DNA from: Diadema antillarum
Taxonomy: Eukaryota
DNA: 64,000 nucleotides
Direction of reading: 5' to 3'
Assembly (NCBI RefSeq): GCF_040938485.1
Contig: NW_027270903.1
Coordinates: 7,006,001-7,070,000 of the forward strand
The notes under the pieces were generated by a model. It worked only from the letters and a program-made list of their open reading frames with translations, had not been told where the DNA came from and did not search any database. Below, piece after piece: positions 37,227 through 50,512 of the stretch. The position numbers and the translations under genes were made by a program. Every line of letters starts with the position of its first letter. The stretch's first letter is position 1.

Positions 37227-40200
37227 TATAAGCACAATGAGCCTAAGGACGCAGTACCTTTAAGGGTGGGTACTTTTTGCATCGCGCAGCTGACTGTGTC
37301 ATCTAGTAAAAACTCTCTTTTCATAGGCCAGTGGCGGTTGATGTTACTTGACAAGTAACGGGCGTTACTCGCCCTTGGGTAAGTGGGCAAGTGCGTTGAT
37401 ACAGCAATCTGAGTAGACTCCTTGGAAGTAAGCTGGTCAGCGACTCATGCCATTCATTTATCACTGATTGATTGAGCCATACACAAGAGTAGTACAAAGG
37501 AGAATGGCTTGAGGCTTTATGACGGAGTGTACTGCTAAATTCATCTGTCTTAAATAGCAGATACGTGTTTCTGTCGAAAATCTATGTATAGCAATCTTCC
37601 ATTGGGTCCCAAATAACAAGTTTCGGAGGGTTGGTGTTGAATCTTTTTATCACAAGTGTGTTCCGTGAGATTTGATTCTACATGGCCACTGTGTGCAGAT
37701 TGCTCAATTTTGAAGCAGTTTGTTTTCATTGTTTTATTTTGTTTGTTTGTTTTATTTGTTTCTTAAATAGTGGATCACAATGCTTATTGAGTCATTTGCA
37801 GTAGGCATCTGGATTTTGCTCTTTGCTTTATAGCGGTTCAGCTTTGTTTTCTTCATTTATCTATTGTCTTTTACAGTGTTTTTTTTTTTTTTATTTGGTA
37901 ATGCCTCAAAGAGTTTCCTTATTACCTGGAGCCCTCTTAAGTTAATTAAACTGTTCAAGTTGCGTCCGGGAGTAGTCTCAATGATTATCGTTCTATGGCA
38001 AAAAGCTGACAGTGTTCATGACAGCACGCACAGTTAGTGAGTTATGGAGAATTGTACTAACCGGTAATTGCTTTTCTAATAGCATGTTGCACCAGCTTAT
38101 ATTCATTTCATTAATGCATGATGGTTGTAAGTGTACATGTATACACAAATGCAACATTTATCATTGCCCAAAGCTTTGAATTTGCTATCTATAATCATAC
38201 ATTGAAATCAATTAATTTGCAGTAAGTTACATAATATCTGTCTGTGTTACGTTACATTTTGCTGTATTTCTCAAATTCTATGTTTTGTTGGTTTTTTGTT
38301 TTTTGGTTATTCTGTGCTCATGTTTTCAGATGTCATATGTTTCTTATGAATTGGAATGCATTGTCATATGTATGTGGTTTTGTTATTTTTGGCAGGTGCA
38401 AACTGTTTCATCAGTAGCAGTGACATTGCCATCATCCATGACAAATGATGTTGCATCAGCCACCAGCAGTATCTTGCCTGGTGGTGTGACTGTTGTACCG
38501 AGTAAAGCCGTTCCTCAGGTATCAGTACAGACCTCTTCATCCACTCAACAAGGTGTAGTCCTCGGTGCCAAGCGTGTAAATGACCCGTTAGGGCAAAGTG
38601 CAGTGACAGGTGGTATCGCCGGTGGTGTTACTGGCAGTACCACCAGTGGTGTTACCGGCGGTGCCACTGCTAATGCAACCTCAACCAAGATGCTGGTTCT
38701 GCCGACCAACCTCAAGGTGAACAGTAACAACAAGCAGTGGAAACTGGTGTATGTGCAGAAGCCCGGCACCAGCCGGCCGGAGCTCCACCTCCAGCAGTGT
38801 TCCACAGACGGTTCCCCTCAGGTGCTGATACCGGTCGCTGGCACCAACCAAACCACGGGTGCGGCGGCGCCAGTTGTGACAGCCCAGAAGGCGAGTCCTG
38901 GTGCAAGCATGCAGCTGCAAATGGTGCCACAGAGTCCCAACAAAGTGACTGTCAAGGCTGTCCATTCTGTATAAGCACAATGAGCCTAAGGACGCAGTAC
39001 CTTTAAGGGTGGGTACTTTTTGCATCGCGCAGCTGACTGTGTCATCTAGTAAAAACTCTCTTTTCATAGGCCAGTGGCGGTTGATGTTACTTGACAAGTA
39101 ACGGGCGTTACTCGCCCTTGGGTAAGTGGGCAAGTGCGTTGATACAGCAATCTGAGTAGACTCCTTGGAAGTAAGCTGGTCAGCGACTCATGCCATTCAT
39201 TTATCACTGATTGATTGAGCCATACACAAGAGTAGTACAAAGGAGAATGGCTTGAGGCTTTATGACGGAGTGTACTGCTAAATTCATCTGTCTTAAATAG
39301 CAGATACGTGTTTCTGTCGAAAATCTATGTATAGCAATCTTCCATTGGGTCCCAAATAACAAGTTTCGGAGGGTTGGTGTTGAATCTTTTTATCACAAGT
39401 GTGTTCCGTGAGATTTGATTCTACATGGCCACTGTGTGCAGATTGCTCAATTTTGAAGCAGTTTGTTTTCATTGTTTTATTTTGTTTGTTTGTTTTATTT
39501 GTTTCTTAAATAGTGGATCACAATGCTTATTGAGTCATTTGCAGTAGGCATCTGGATTTTGCTCTTTGCTTTATAGCGGTTCAGCTTTGTTTTCTTCATT
39601 TATCTATTGTCTTTTACAGTGTTTTTTTTTTTTTTATTTGGTAATGCCTCAAAGAGTTTCCTTATTACCTGGAGCCCTCTTAAGTTAATTAAACTGTTCA
39701 AGTTGCGTCCGGGAGTAGTCTCAATGATTATCGTTCTATGGCAAAAAGCTGACAGTGTTCATGACAGCACGCACAGTTAGTGAGTTATGGAGAATTGTAC
39801 TAACCGGTAATTGCTTTTCTAATAGCATGTTGCACCAGCTTATATTCATTTCATTAATGCATGATGGTTGTAAGTGTACATGTATACACAAATGCAACAT
39901 TTATCATTGCCCAAAGCTTTGAATTTGCTATCTATAATCATACATTGAAATCAATTAATTTGCAGTAAGTTACATAATATCTGTCTGTGTTACGTTACAT
40001 TTTGCTGTATTTCTCAAATTCTATGTTTTGTTGGTTTTTTGTTTTTTGGTTATTCTGTGCTCATGTTTTCAGATGTCATATGTTTCTTATGAATTGGAAT
40101 GCATTGTCATATGTATGTGGTTTTGTTATTTTTGGCAGGTGCAAACTGTTTCATCAGTAGCAGTGACATTGCCATCATCCATGACAAATGATGTTGCATC

Positions 40201-40714
40201 AGCCACCAGCAGTATCTTGCCTGGTGGTGTGACTGTTGTACCGAGTAAAGCCGTTCCTCAGGTATCAGTACAGACCTCTTCATCCACTCAACAAGGTGTA
40301 GTCCTCGGTGCCAAGCGTGTAAATGACCCGTTAGGGCAAAGTGCAGTGACAGGTGGTATCGCCGGTGGTGTTACTGGCAGTACCACCAGTGGTGTTACCG
40401 GCGGTGCCACTGCTAATGCAACCTCAACCAAGATGCTGGTTCTGCCGACCAACCTCAAGGTGAACAGTAACAACAAGCAGTGGAAACTGGTGTATGTGCA
40501 GAAGCCCGGCACCAGCCGGCCGGAGCTCCACCTCCAGCAGTGTTCCACAGACGGTTCCCCTCAGGTGCTGATACCGGTCGCTGGCACCAACCAAACCACG
40601 GGTGCGGCGGCGCCAGTTGTGACAGCCCAGAAGGCGAGTCCTGGTGCAAGCATGCAGCTGCAAATGGTGCCACAGAGTCCCAACAAAGTGACTGTCAAGG
40701 CTGTCCATTCTGTA
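37227..40714 (+). repeat. Direct tandem duplication, unit 1743 bp (37227-38971 and 38970-40714)
   Basis: Both ends map at offset 1743 with TA microhomology at the junction; spot-checked stretches, including a T14 run, are identical. Confidence 0.93.
38396..38974 (+). CDS. BRD10: Truncated duplicate of the BRD10 terminal exon (192 aa, then TAA created at the duplication junction)
   Basis: Same acceptor tttggcag|GTG as 40139; reads ..KAVHSV* instead of ..KAVHSVDAPQ.. Confidence 0.6.
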   Translation: MQTVSSVAVTLPSSMTNDVASATSSILPGGVTVVPSKAVPQVSVQTSSSTQQGVVLGAKRVNDPLGQSAVTGGIAGGVTGSTTSGVTGGATANATSTKMLVLPTNLKVNSNNKQWKLVYVQKPGTSRPELHLQQCSTDGSPQVLIPVAGTNQTTGAAAPVVTAQKASPGASMQLQMVPQSPNKVTVKAVHSV

Positions 40715-41125
40715 GATGCGCCACAAGCACCGACTTCAACAATGCACATGGTTTCAGGAACCCCTGTGATGAATACACATGTGAGTAGTATGGGAGCTTC
40801 AGCACCGGCAGCGATCATAGTTTCCTCTGTAAAGCCGTCAACTCCGTCAAGGCCACAAGTTCAAGGAACTTCGCCCGGCAGAACGAACATGGTTCTACTC
40901 CAACAAAACTCAGTGCCTAGCCCTAATCTTGGGACAAACAGCACCACTTCCCCGACTGGAGAGCCTCCGGCTGGTGGTGATCCTCCTAATGTGGCGGTAA
41001 GCCCCCCAAATCCGCTGATGATGCAGACTCTCACACCCCCTGGCCTGGTGCTCCCAGCCCCGGAACCATCCATGCATCAGATTGTGGTGAAACGATCACA
41101 GAAGGATGTCAACATTAACCTCTGA
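40139..41125 (+). CDS. BRD10: BRD10 terminal coding exon 15
   Basis: tttggcag|GTG CAA ACT.. to TGA at 41123-41125; the 15-exon CDS totals 6822 nt = 2273 aa, similar to the ~2100-aa vertebrate protein. Confidence 0.8.
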   Translation: MQTVSSVAVTLPSSMTNDVASATSSILPGGVTVVPSKAVPQVSVQTSSSTQQGVVLGAKRVNDPLGQSAVTGGIAGGVTGSTTSGVTGGATANATSTKMLVLPTNLKVNSNNKQWKLVYVQKPGTSRPELHLQQCSTDGSPQVLIPVAGTNQTTGAAAPVVTAQKASPGASMQLQMVPQSPNKVTVKAVHSVDAPQAPTSTMHMVSGTPVMNTHVSSMGASAPAAIIVSSVKPSTPSRPQVQGTSPGRTNMVLLQQNSVPSPNLGTNSTTSPTGEPPAGGDPPNVAVSPPNPLMMQTLTPPGLVLPAPEPSMHQIVVKRSQKDVNINL

Positions 41126-42596
41126 CAAAATGACATGGTCGTAACCCTCTCCCTCACATTTCTCTTTGTTCCTTTTGTATACTGAGACTTCATGACATGC
41201 ATCCTCCCTGAAGTACTACCAAGCTGTAGTGTGTGATGACTTGCTGTTGCTCAGACCCAAAACAACCCATTCAGCCAGCCTTGCTAATCACAAACACACA
41301 ACATGTACCTCAACCCATGTCTAGTACCAAGCCTTCATTTTATTGCCTACGACTGGTGTTGATGCACCTTTTTTCCTTGTAGTTTTCAATTGACAGTCTT
41401 GGATGTGTGATATCTTTGATATCAAATACAGCCGCTATATTTAAATAGACCATTATCATGAACTCTAGGAGTATTCTCATCCACTTTACGGAGATATTTC
41501 GCCAAAAGTTGTAATTTATTCTGGCTGAGAAATCGAAATAAGCCTTTAATTACAGGCAACTAATAACTAGGGTAGGCAAGTGTTCAGGAACTCCAGCTGG
41601 CAGATTGTAGTCATTTAAAGTGAATTTCCAATGACAGCTGCAAAAGCTGTTCATTCCACAAAGATATAATGCTGCAAATATTTGAACAGGCTTCTGATTT
41701 CTTACTCGAGAAGAAACATTGTCGTCATAGGCCTCTTGGGAATCCGTCTTGCATCGAGGTCTTCATTTTCTCCCATGAAGGAGAAGAGAGTAATGCAGTC
41801 ATATAGTGTTTGGGAAAATTATACTTTTACCTATTTAGCTTGGCAGAGAAAGACAGTTTTAAGGACATGGTCATCATCCTATATTCACCTGGTTGTTATA
41901 TAAGTACAGTCGGACCTCGATTATCCTGGCATCAATTATCTGGAATCTCTGTTATCCAAAACATCGACTAACTGGTATTTTTTTAATGTTCAGTGACAAA
42001 TCTCACTAAAAAACACCCCCCCCCCCAAAAAAAAAGAAGAAAAGAAACCAAAAAAAAACAACAAAACAAAACAAAAACAAAAACAACGTTTTTAACCATT
42101 ATCATGCCGAATTCCCAATGGGGCATATTCCAATCGTCCCAGCAGACTGTAATTTTTAAGTCAGTTCGTGAGACGATGTCAAAGGCTGGTGCTGTACTTA
42201 TCACTAGCACTTAGTGCACAGTAGTGGTTGCAGTACAATGTAGCCGCAGCATTCGACAAGTCGTGACATCAATCAGAGCAGACCCTGTGTGGCCAGATAA
42301 TCGAGGTCCTACTGTACTCAAAAGATGCCATGCTGTGAGTTTTAGCATGGTAAGCCATGCCAGGAGTTGATTCATGGCAATCACATGATAGGTCCTTCAT
42401 CTTTTGCCCCTATATGGCTGCCCTTATTACCAAGCAATTTCTGTGTTGAGTTAAGTTCGCCTATTAGGGTTTTCTGTTGCAATGTAACATACTGTCCTCT
42501 CAAAGGCCGTGATAATGACACACCGTTTGGTCAACGACACATTTTCAGTAATGCAAAAATGTGCTTTCACATTTCAGGGTTTTCTATGCATGTACA

Positions 42597-42638
42597 TGTG
42601 TGTGTGTGTGTGTGTATGTGTGTGTGTGTGTGTGTGTG

Positions 42639-42669
<31 letters not shown>
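42597..42669. repeat. (TG)n followed by (TCTG)n microsatellite
   Basis: Directly visible. Confidence 0.9.
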
Positions 42670-45600
42670 ATTTATGTCTTCAGAATCAGGTTAACATTAA
42701 TTGCAAGATCAAGGAGAATAGACTGATGCCAGCTGTATTCTACAAAGAATAAAAGTGGCATTGACTTTCATGATGGTAAATGTATGTGAGGTATAAGCAA
42801 AGAACTTCAGTGAGGAAGCCTACAACATATAGAAATTGTGTATGGCTTGGTTAGCATTGATTAAATGACATGCAGATCATGATAAGAGGGGAAAAATATG
42901 TTTGGGTGGTAGAAAGCTTAACAGTGCACCACATATTCTTTCATGGGTATGCTACGTGTATGTTGCCCTGAATAAGGCCTTACCACTCCTGATCTATCTG
43001 CAGGCATGAAACAAATGAGCAATTCCAAAACCAGTCATTTTTCGCGAATTGGAGCCGACGGCCTTTCTTGCGGCCTGACATTTTCGCGAACTGCCACTTG
43101 CATTCAATGCATATAGTGCAGACAAGAACGTTCGCGTGCATTTCAATTTCGCGAATCTTGGCGCTCGCGAAATTTGCGAGATTAAAATGTAGGCAAACAT
43201 TTCTCGTTTTACCCTAATCTGTATGTATCATAATACCGGCTACTTGATTCTTTTCATTCATAGCATTTTAAGTCTCAGATTATGTATATCTTGCTGTGGT
43301 GTATTTCAATAATGTGAATGATGAGGAATGGTCTACTGTATACGCTATATATTTCGCGGGGGTTTTATTTTCGCGAATTTCGCGAGTCGGGAGCTATTCG
43401 CGAAATTAACAACACGTGAAAATATTACCTTCCAAAATGAATCCCTTGCCTTGATGATACGAACATTTCAGTACTAGAATACCATGTCACGGCTTACCGA
43501 ACAGACCATACTGGCTTTAAGCTTGTTTACGCACGTCCACGTCTACTTACGAATACTGTAGAGAGCCAATCCATTATCGCAAGGGGACCACTCGTCAGAA
43601 ATCTAGCGCGATGGACTTAACCACTTCAAAAATGTTGAATTCTAACTTACTAGTTCGCAGAGTTTGGCAAGTCTTTTTCATGCAGTGTATAACTAGTATC
43701 ATTCTTATATGCTAGTAAGTTGAAAATTCACACTTTCTTTGCCACTTCATACTTTCTCTGGTCCCCCAATCGCGAATTTAACCACTCGCGAAAATGTGTG
43801 ACATCGGCAATTCGCGAAAATTTATGTACGCGAAAATTATAGCGTATACAGTATTTTCTCCATAGGAATGTCATATAGAAATGTCATAATGATGGCCTGA
43901 TGTCTTCAGGTTTCAACTGTAATAGCATTTTGTGTGGTTATTCTCTCTCATGCAAGTTTTTCCTTCCCTACAAAATTTCAGGTGTTGAGTGTCACCCATT
44001 GAATAAAAGGATAAAATCCCTCCTCTACCAGTACTATTAAGTGTCTGTAAGTTTTCTATTAATTTTAAAGGGGAAGGCTAGTAACTGATCAGTGGGAAAC
44101 AGTGCGAATGCCGAGGGATGATTGTTCCAATCCTTGTGGGATTCATTTAAGAGTACATTATATATCTATTCTTGTGTGGAAATTATTTACTTCAGAACTG
44201 TCTAATATTCAAGTAATATGCAGCTTAATGCCCCATCACTGACCAGGCACGCTAACCTGGATAGCATTAAGTTGCACATTTCTTTAATTGTATGAGACCA
44301 TTTTGAAGAAAATAATTTTCACACAACAATAGATATATAACCTACTCTTGAATGAATCCCATAAGGATTGGAACAATCATCTCCGAGCATTTCCACCAAT
44401 TCCCACAGACCAGTTACTAGCCTTCTCCTTTAAGTAAAATGCAACAATATACAGTAAAAGCTGTTATTATTATGGCATACAGATATTTTCGCGAATGAGG
44501 AGGTCACAAACATAATTATTCATGAGACGTTTTCACGAGTTGATTCTGAGGCTATGGTAGGTACGCTAATGCCTGTTCAGATATAATGCATTCAATATCA
44601 GGTGTGATTTCTTTTTTCCATATTGCAAATTTGCAGCTGAGAAGTGATGCCTGCGTATTAATTTCTCATGAAAATAGCAGCTTTTACATTACTTCAGACA
44701 CTTTTGAGAACCTACAGTGTATGTAAGACACTCATGTGGGACAACAGAGGAAAGAATGAGCCTAGTGTCTCATTTAGCAGTGGGAGAGGTTTTCTTATGG
44801 ATAGCAATTCTAGATCACATTCATCCTGTTTGTTCCGAGTATTCTGAACAGTATGTCAGTGTGTACAGAAGGTAAATTAATGGTTTTCAGTGCCAGCCTG
44901 CATTTAAAGTACAATGTACACAAAAGGTTTAAGACCCTGCAAGTTATTAGACAGGCGAGTTCCAAAATCTGATGTTACACGTCCAGGCTCAGAGAAGTCA
45001 AAGAAAGAGTTAGTGCAAGGGGCCTTGCTGTGGGAGAGTTTTAACTTGAGGCTGCTCGTCACACAGAAAACATATCTGTGAGGAGGTTGTTTTTTTTGTT
45101 TTTTTTGTTTTAAATGTATACTGCTGGCGGGGTGACAAGACCTTGTATCTGCAATTTTGGTGAAGATGACTTTTTTCAATTAATGGTCAAATAATGGGTC
45201 AAGTGATGTCCTGACCAAATCTGTCCTACTCCAAAAATGAAGCCATCACGGCACGTCAAAGGAAAGGCTATCCCATTTGCCACAGTGCTTTGGCCGCCAT
45301 GTTTTTTGGCTCTCCTGAACATTTGACATTTTGTAGATACGAGGTCTTGTCGCCCCAGCGAGGAATGGAGGTGATATTGACAGTAATTCACTTGATATTG
45401 CACACAAAATATACAGTCAATGAGCTAAGTTGACCTCGCCTTAGTTGACCCCGCCTACATTGAAAATTTGGTTCTAGGGAAATTCTACCCATATGAACAT
45501 GTTAATTTTGTATTTTGAAATTCACGTAAGTGGAGGGATATTTTCTAGGCCCTTTGGAGTTGACTTGATGAGGTTTACTGTATCACTTATCACTGCGTGT

Positions 45601-45819
45601 ATGTAAATTTTGTTCTTATAGAACTTTTGTTAATGAAGGCTGGGCAGAATTCAATGCAAGGGAATGGTGGCGGAAGGAATCTTCTTCTTCTTCTTCCTCT
45701 TAAGTTCTGATTAAGTCTGCCTCCTTCAATAGGCTGAAGATTCTTGCAGACTGTGCTGTTTACATTATAATATTTTATTTACAGATATTTACATCACATA
45801 ACAAATTTGAGGGAAATAA

Positions 45820-45975
45820 CTAGCCACTGTGATCAACCATTAGTCGGTTACACAATGATCCCACAGATGGCGCTGAAACAATTTCTGACGACAGGGAATT
45901 CCAGTTCCTTACAGTTCTTGGAAAGAATGAATGGCGATGCGATACAGCTCTCGAGTGTGTCTTGATTCCAGGAAG
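45820..45975 (-). mobile_element. 3' fragment of a CR1/L2-type non-LTR retrotransposon ORF2
   Basis: Translation ..HRHSFFPRTVRNWNSLSSEIVSAPS.. carries the SFFPRT..WN.L C-terminal motif of these LINEs. Confidence 0.7.
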
Positions 45976-46727
45976 CCCTTTAGTTCTTTCTGTGCCATGG
46001 ACGTTGGACAGTGTGTACAATGCTATGGGGTTTTCTGTGCCAATCAGCACTGAAGTACACAAAGGGTTCACTGCCCTGGGTCCATACAGTATGTATTATT
46101 GTACCATCAAATGTGTGTATCCTGTATATGTTACAGAGAGAGCTCTCTCCTAGCCATGTTATGTTTCTTACATAAGGGCTGCAAAAATAATATGGTACCT
46201 CTAACTTTATTACATGTACATTGTCCTAGGAAAAAGCAATATTGAGATATCTCGGAAGTACATGTAATTCACCATTGTGCTATGTCATGATGTGTTTCTG
46301 CACACTTGAGATGTTTGTACCATCAATGCTGTATTAAATGAAAGTTCCACTGAATCAAATCTTCACCAATTCCGAGATAATTATGATGGAAAAGAGTAAG
46401 AAGCAGAGAAGTTTGTAACTGTTACAAACTGTGGAACAGGTGAAATGTTGATGCAGATTACCCACAGGTGGGTAAATAGCTTCAATTCAGCAGTATAAAT
46501 TGCCTTTCTGTACAATTTTTGGTCAGTGTGGAGAAATTGCATCTCTCTTAATGGCTGTATTAATGCATTATATTTCCTAAATTAAGGGGTTTTATGTTCT
46601 TCTGCAAAAGTGCCATATTGTGTAAGAAAACAAGCAAACAAATTAAAATGAAATTCAGAGATCCTTCACCATACAAACATGAAATTCTAGTAGGCTTGCT
46701 TTCTATTTTTTTTTTCAATGGTACTTG

Positions 46728-46977
46728 TGAAGAGTTTGTTTGCAAAAACCGATAAGTCCATATTTGCCAAATGGAGATATTTGCGATTAAAGGTCAAGAA
46801 AAATAGAGAGAATAATAAGAACATCTATTTGCTTCTTTTGACCATAACTTCAAAAATGTACCTTTATATGTAGTGACCAATATATCATTTTAAAGGTATT
46901 ATTTTGTACTTCATGACAGGAACCGTACTTCAAATCTTCAAAAATGGACTTATTGGTTTTTGCAAACAAACTCTTCA
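46728..46977. mobile_element. MITE with TGAAGAGTTTGTT termini (family clustered again at 56443-57270)
   Basis: tgaagagtttgtttgcaaaaaccgataagtcca ... tggacttattggtttttgcaaacaaactcttca. Confidence 0.75.
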
Positions 46978-47795
46978 TGTATTTTTGTGTGTTCCTGCAC
47001 GATCACCTTGTTCATGAACTTTATGATGTGAATTCTGTAAGATTTTGTGCTTTGCTTTTTTTTAGGCAGCCCAAAGCAGCCTTCAACCATTCATGAATTT
47101 GAGGGAAAGAGAGCCTCCAATCTTGATGTATTACAATTTTATGCAAGTTTGAAGCCAACAATCTGCTCTCTGAGAATTTAACTCTTTATGTGCCATGGTG
47201 GAAACCCCCTGTGTGCCACATTATTCTGAGACACCAATGTAGTCATGCTTTGAAAAATCATTCTGTTTTTCAAATCAATGTAACTTTTGATTTATAGATT
47301 TCTGTTAGGCTGGACATGAAGTGAGCAAAGTTGTACGGAAAATGCCAAGCTTTGCTTCAATTAAAATTGTATGGCAAATCGATGATGTTTTTTCGTTCAA
47401 ATGACCGGTGGCTAAATTACAGTAAAGGCATGACTTTTGCACACAAAACTGTGACAGAAACTTAGAATTGACATGCAAATCAATTAGGGAAAACTGCTTG
47501 ACAGTCATTCACCACAAAATATGCAGGCTATAAGTGAGACGCACAAAAGCGCGAGAAAAGCTTTCATTGTCCTGTGGCATTTGACGATTTATCGATCGGT
47601 GTGGGCGGGTTAGTAGATTTGAGCAGAATATGCGAAGTTGGCACGCCATCGACTGAGTCACACGTGCGAACGTGGCACATAAAGAGTTAATATGGTTTCT
47701 TTTGTGGGTTTGTGATGCAAGGTCGTATATACACATACTGTCACCAGCATGGCCAAGTTTTGTTGTTGTTGGTTTTTTTTTTTGTCCATTGTTTT

Positions 47796-47827
<32 letters not shown>

Positions 47828-49729
47828 GGACTTTCTGTATACAATGTCCTCTCTTTTTACCTATAATGTAAAAAAAAAAAACCCTGATGATTGCACTCCC
47901 ATTCGAGTCGAGACCAAGGCCGATGGCACATGTATGAATAATGTCCTTGATATTAATGTGTGTGTTGTAGGAGTGAATTGTAAAAGTGTAAATATTCATT
48001 GAATTGTAATTTCCAAGGACAGTGTGGATGTCTCTCGATCGTCATCTGGCAACTGATGTTGGTAAACAGTGTGCCAAGCACTGAACGCTGTATATTTTCG
48101 ACTTTGTTATAAAATTAAAACCAAGAGGTATTCAGGACGAAAATTAGCTGTGTTTTTGTCTTTCTTGTCATGACTGTATTGTGCAGCTTTAATTCTAGTC
48201 TTGTGCCAAACACAGCAATGCATCAAATCAGTCACAGCCATTGGTGTGTAGTTATGTTGCAGAACGTTACAATTGCAACATACAGTAAAAGGACAGGTTC
48301 AATTACATTTTGTGTGTTTGTGGCTCTTCAAATCACCAGTGTCCTGTTGCCTAATGGGCCCACACTTTAAAGGGATAGTACAGTTTCAGTTGAGATGGGA
48401 CTTGAGGTTTCCAACTTGTTTTGATGCTGATTTTTTTTCTTATTAAATATGAAAGAGCATATAATTCTAAGAGAGATTCAAAGTTTATTTGATCAAAAGG
48501 GGTTTTGAAATGGCTGAGATGTACGAAACAAAGCAATTGTTAAGTGGAACCCTTCTTGTAATAGCATTGCCTTGTTTCGCTTCTTTTTGAATATCTCGGC
48601 CATTTCAAAACCGATTTTCATCAAGTAAACATTGAATTCTTTTTAGAATCGTATGCATTTTAGCATTTCATAAAGTGGTTTCTAAGTACACTGTATCTCA
48701 CAAAAAGATAAGTATCTGGCTAAAAGTTAAAGGTGAATTCTCACTTCAACCAATGCTATACATCCCTGTAAAGTGATGGTACAGTAATGCTTCACATGGA
48801 GCTGCAGTTTTCCAAGTTTTTGTGTGTTTGTGTTTGTAAGATAATGAGAAACCTCTTGTGAAATACATGCACTGCATGAATGAACATTAAGTTTTAGAGG
48901 AATTCAAAGTTTATTTGATGAAAACTGGTCCTGAAATGGATGAGATATCCACCCTGAGCAGTCCTAACAAAATCTGACAGTTCACAACTTTTATTTAATA
49001 GGATTGATTTGTTTTTGCCTTGTTTTTGGATATCTCGGTCATTCTATTATGGATTTTTATCAATTAAGTTTCATTTCTTGGTAGAATTTAATGCCCTTTT
49101 AACCTTTCATAGAGTGGTTTCTGAATAAAAATGTTATCTCGCAAAATGTTAAAAGTGGAATCCCCACCTCAACTAATACTATACCATCCTTTTAAAGCTT
49201 GACACTTGGTTTGTGTGCTGGCATTATTGCCATGACACACAAGAACCAGTTTAGCTTCCTGAGTATCATGGTGAGTCTTTAGTTTTAGGGTGTGAAGAGA
49301 AAAGTTGAATATGTTTATAGCAAACTGGTCTGCTGTAGTTACCATGACAACAGCCACATATCAGCCAATCAGCACATTGTATGAACAGTCACTACTTTGA
49401 TTCACACACAAGCACACACTACATACAGGTACTGTACACACACCTGTACACAGAAATTGGGAGAAACGATAGGAATGCATTAACAGTATGTGCTTGAAGT
49501 ACACATTACAATGCAGACCTTCACATGGGGATTATTTTTGCACTAGTATCTTGTAAAGGGAAAAGGTTGAAACTTTCCACACTGCACAAATTTCCACTTT
49601 CACAGAAGATCCAGTTTCAATCTCACTTTTGAAGAGAGCACAGTAAAACAGCCTAGTTTGCCACAAAGACACAGTAACAGGAAAGAAACAAACAGACAAT
49701 TTGGAATGAGAGATGCTTTGACCCAAGTC

Positions 49730-49735
49730 TTTATT
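49730..49735 (-). terminator. RPS11 polyadenylation signal AATAAA
   Basis: tttatt on + strand, ~35 nt downstream of the RPS11 stop. Confidence 0.7.
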
Positions 49736-49770
49736 TTACATTGCCCCCTTCAACGATTGATTCAACCTCC

Positions 49771-49897
49771 TCAGAACTTCTGGAACTGCTTCTTGGCGGA
49801 GCCGGGGGCCTGCGTGACCTTCAGGACGTTGAACCTGACCGTTTTGCTGAGAGGACGGCACTCGCCGACGGTCACGATATCGCCGATCTTGGCGTCT
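49771..49897 (-). CDS. RPS11: 40S ribosomal protein S11 (uS17), exon 4
   Basis: cag|A GAC GCC AAG..: [41 protein letters not shown]. Confidence 0.97.
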
Positions 49898-50399
49898 CTG
49901 TGTAAGGGGGGGGGGGGGGGGTGGGGAGAGAAATACATAAACATGGGTTGTAATGCAATCAAGTCATACACATTGCTAAAAGTTTGCAATGCAGAGCCCC
50001 TGTATCAAAACTAATCCTAATGAACACCTAAGAAGACAATTTGTTTGACATACAGCTACGGTATATGAAATATGAATGTGTATGCTTAGATTCATTTCCC
50101 TGGTCACTTAGGGGGCCCCGAGAGGCTGACGGGCAAACTACTGTATATGCCCAATATCTTACGAGGTTTTTATTTTCGCGAGTCAGCTGCTATTCGCGAA
50201 ATTAAAAACACCCGAATATATTGACTCTGATGCCAATATGAATGTGACGTACATGTACACATTTCTCCGTTCAGTACAGGACTCCTCGATCACAAATTTA
50301 ACCACTCGCAAAATTGTTGGGAAGTCCCGATTCGTGAAAATGTAGACTCGTGAAATGGTGTATGCAGTACAATAGGCATGACAGCTTTACGTCTCCTCA

Positions 50400-50512
50400 G
50401 GACTAAGCAATGAGGAGGACATGCCTTGCCTCAGGGCACATTGCGGCTGCAAGAGGACTTGAACCAGGAGCCCCATGATTGAGAGTCTAAGGTCTCATCC
50501 ACTGAGACACAC
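50400..50512 (-). mobile_element. tRNA-derived SINE fragment
   Basis: Minus strand: gtgtctcagtggatga (A box) .. ggttcaagtcc (B box) .. gtgccctgaggcaaggca core. Confidence 0.6.

Noticed and set aside
44880-45410. Two unique-looking minus-strand ORFs (91 and 75 aa)
   Set aside because: No homology motif and no consistent exon structure; could be UTR or non-coding sequence
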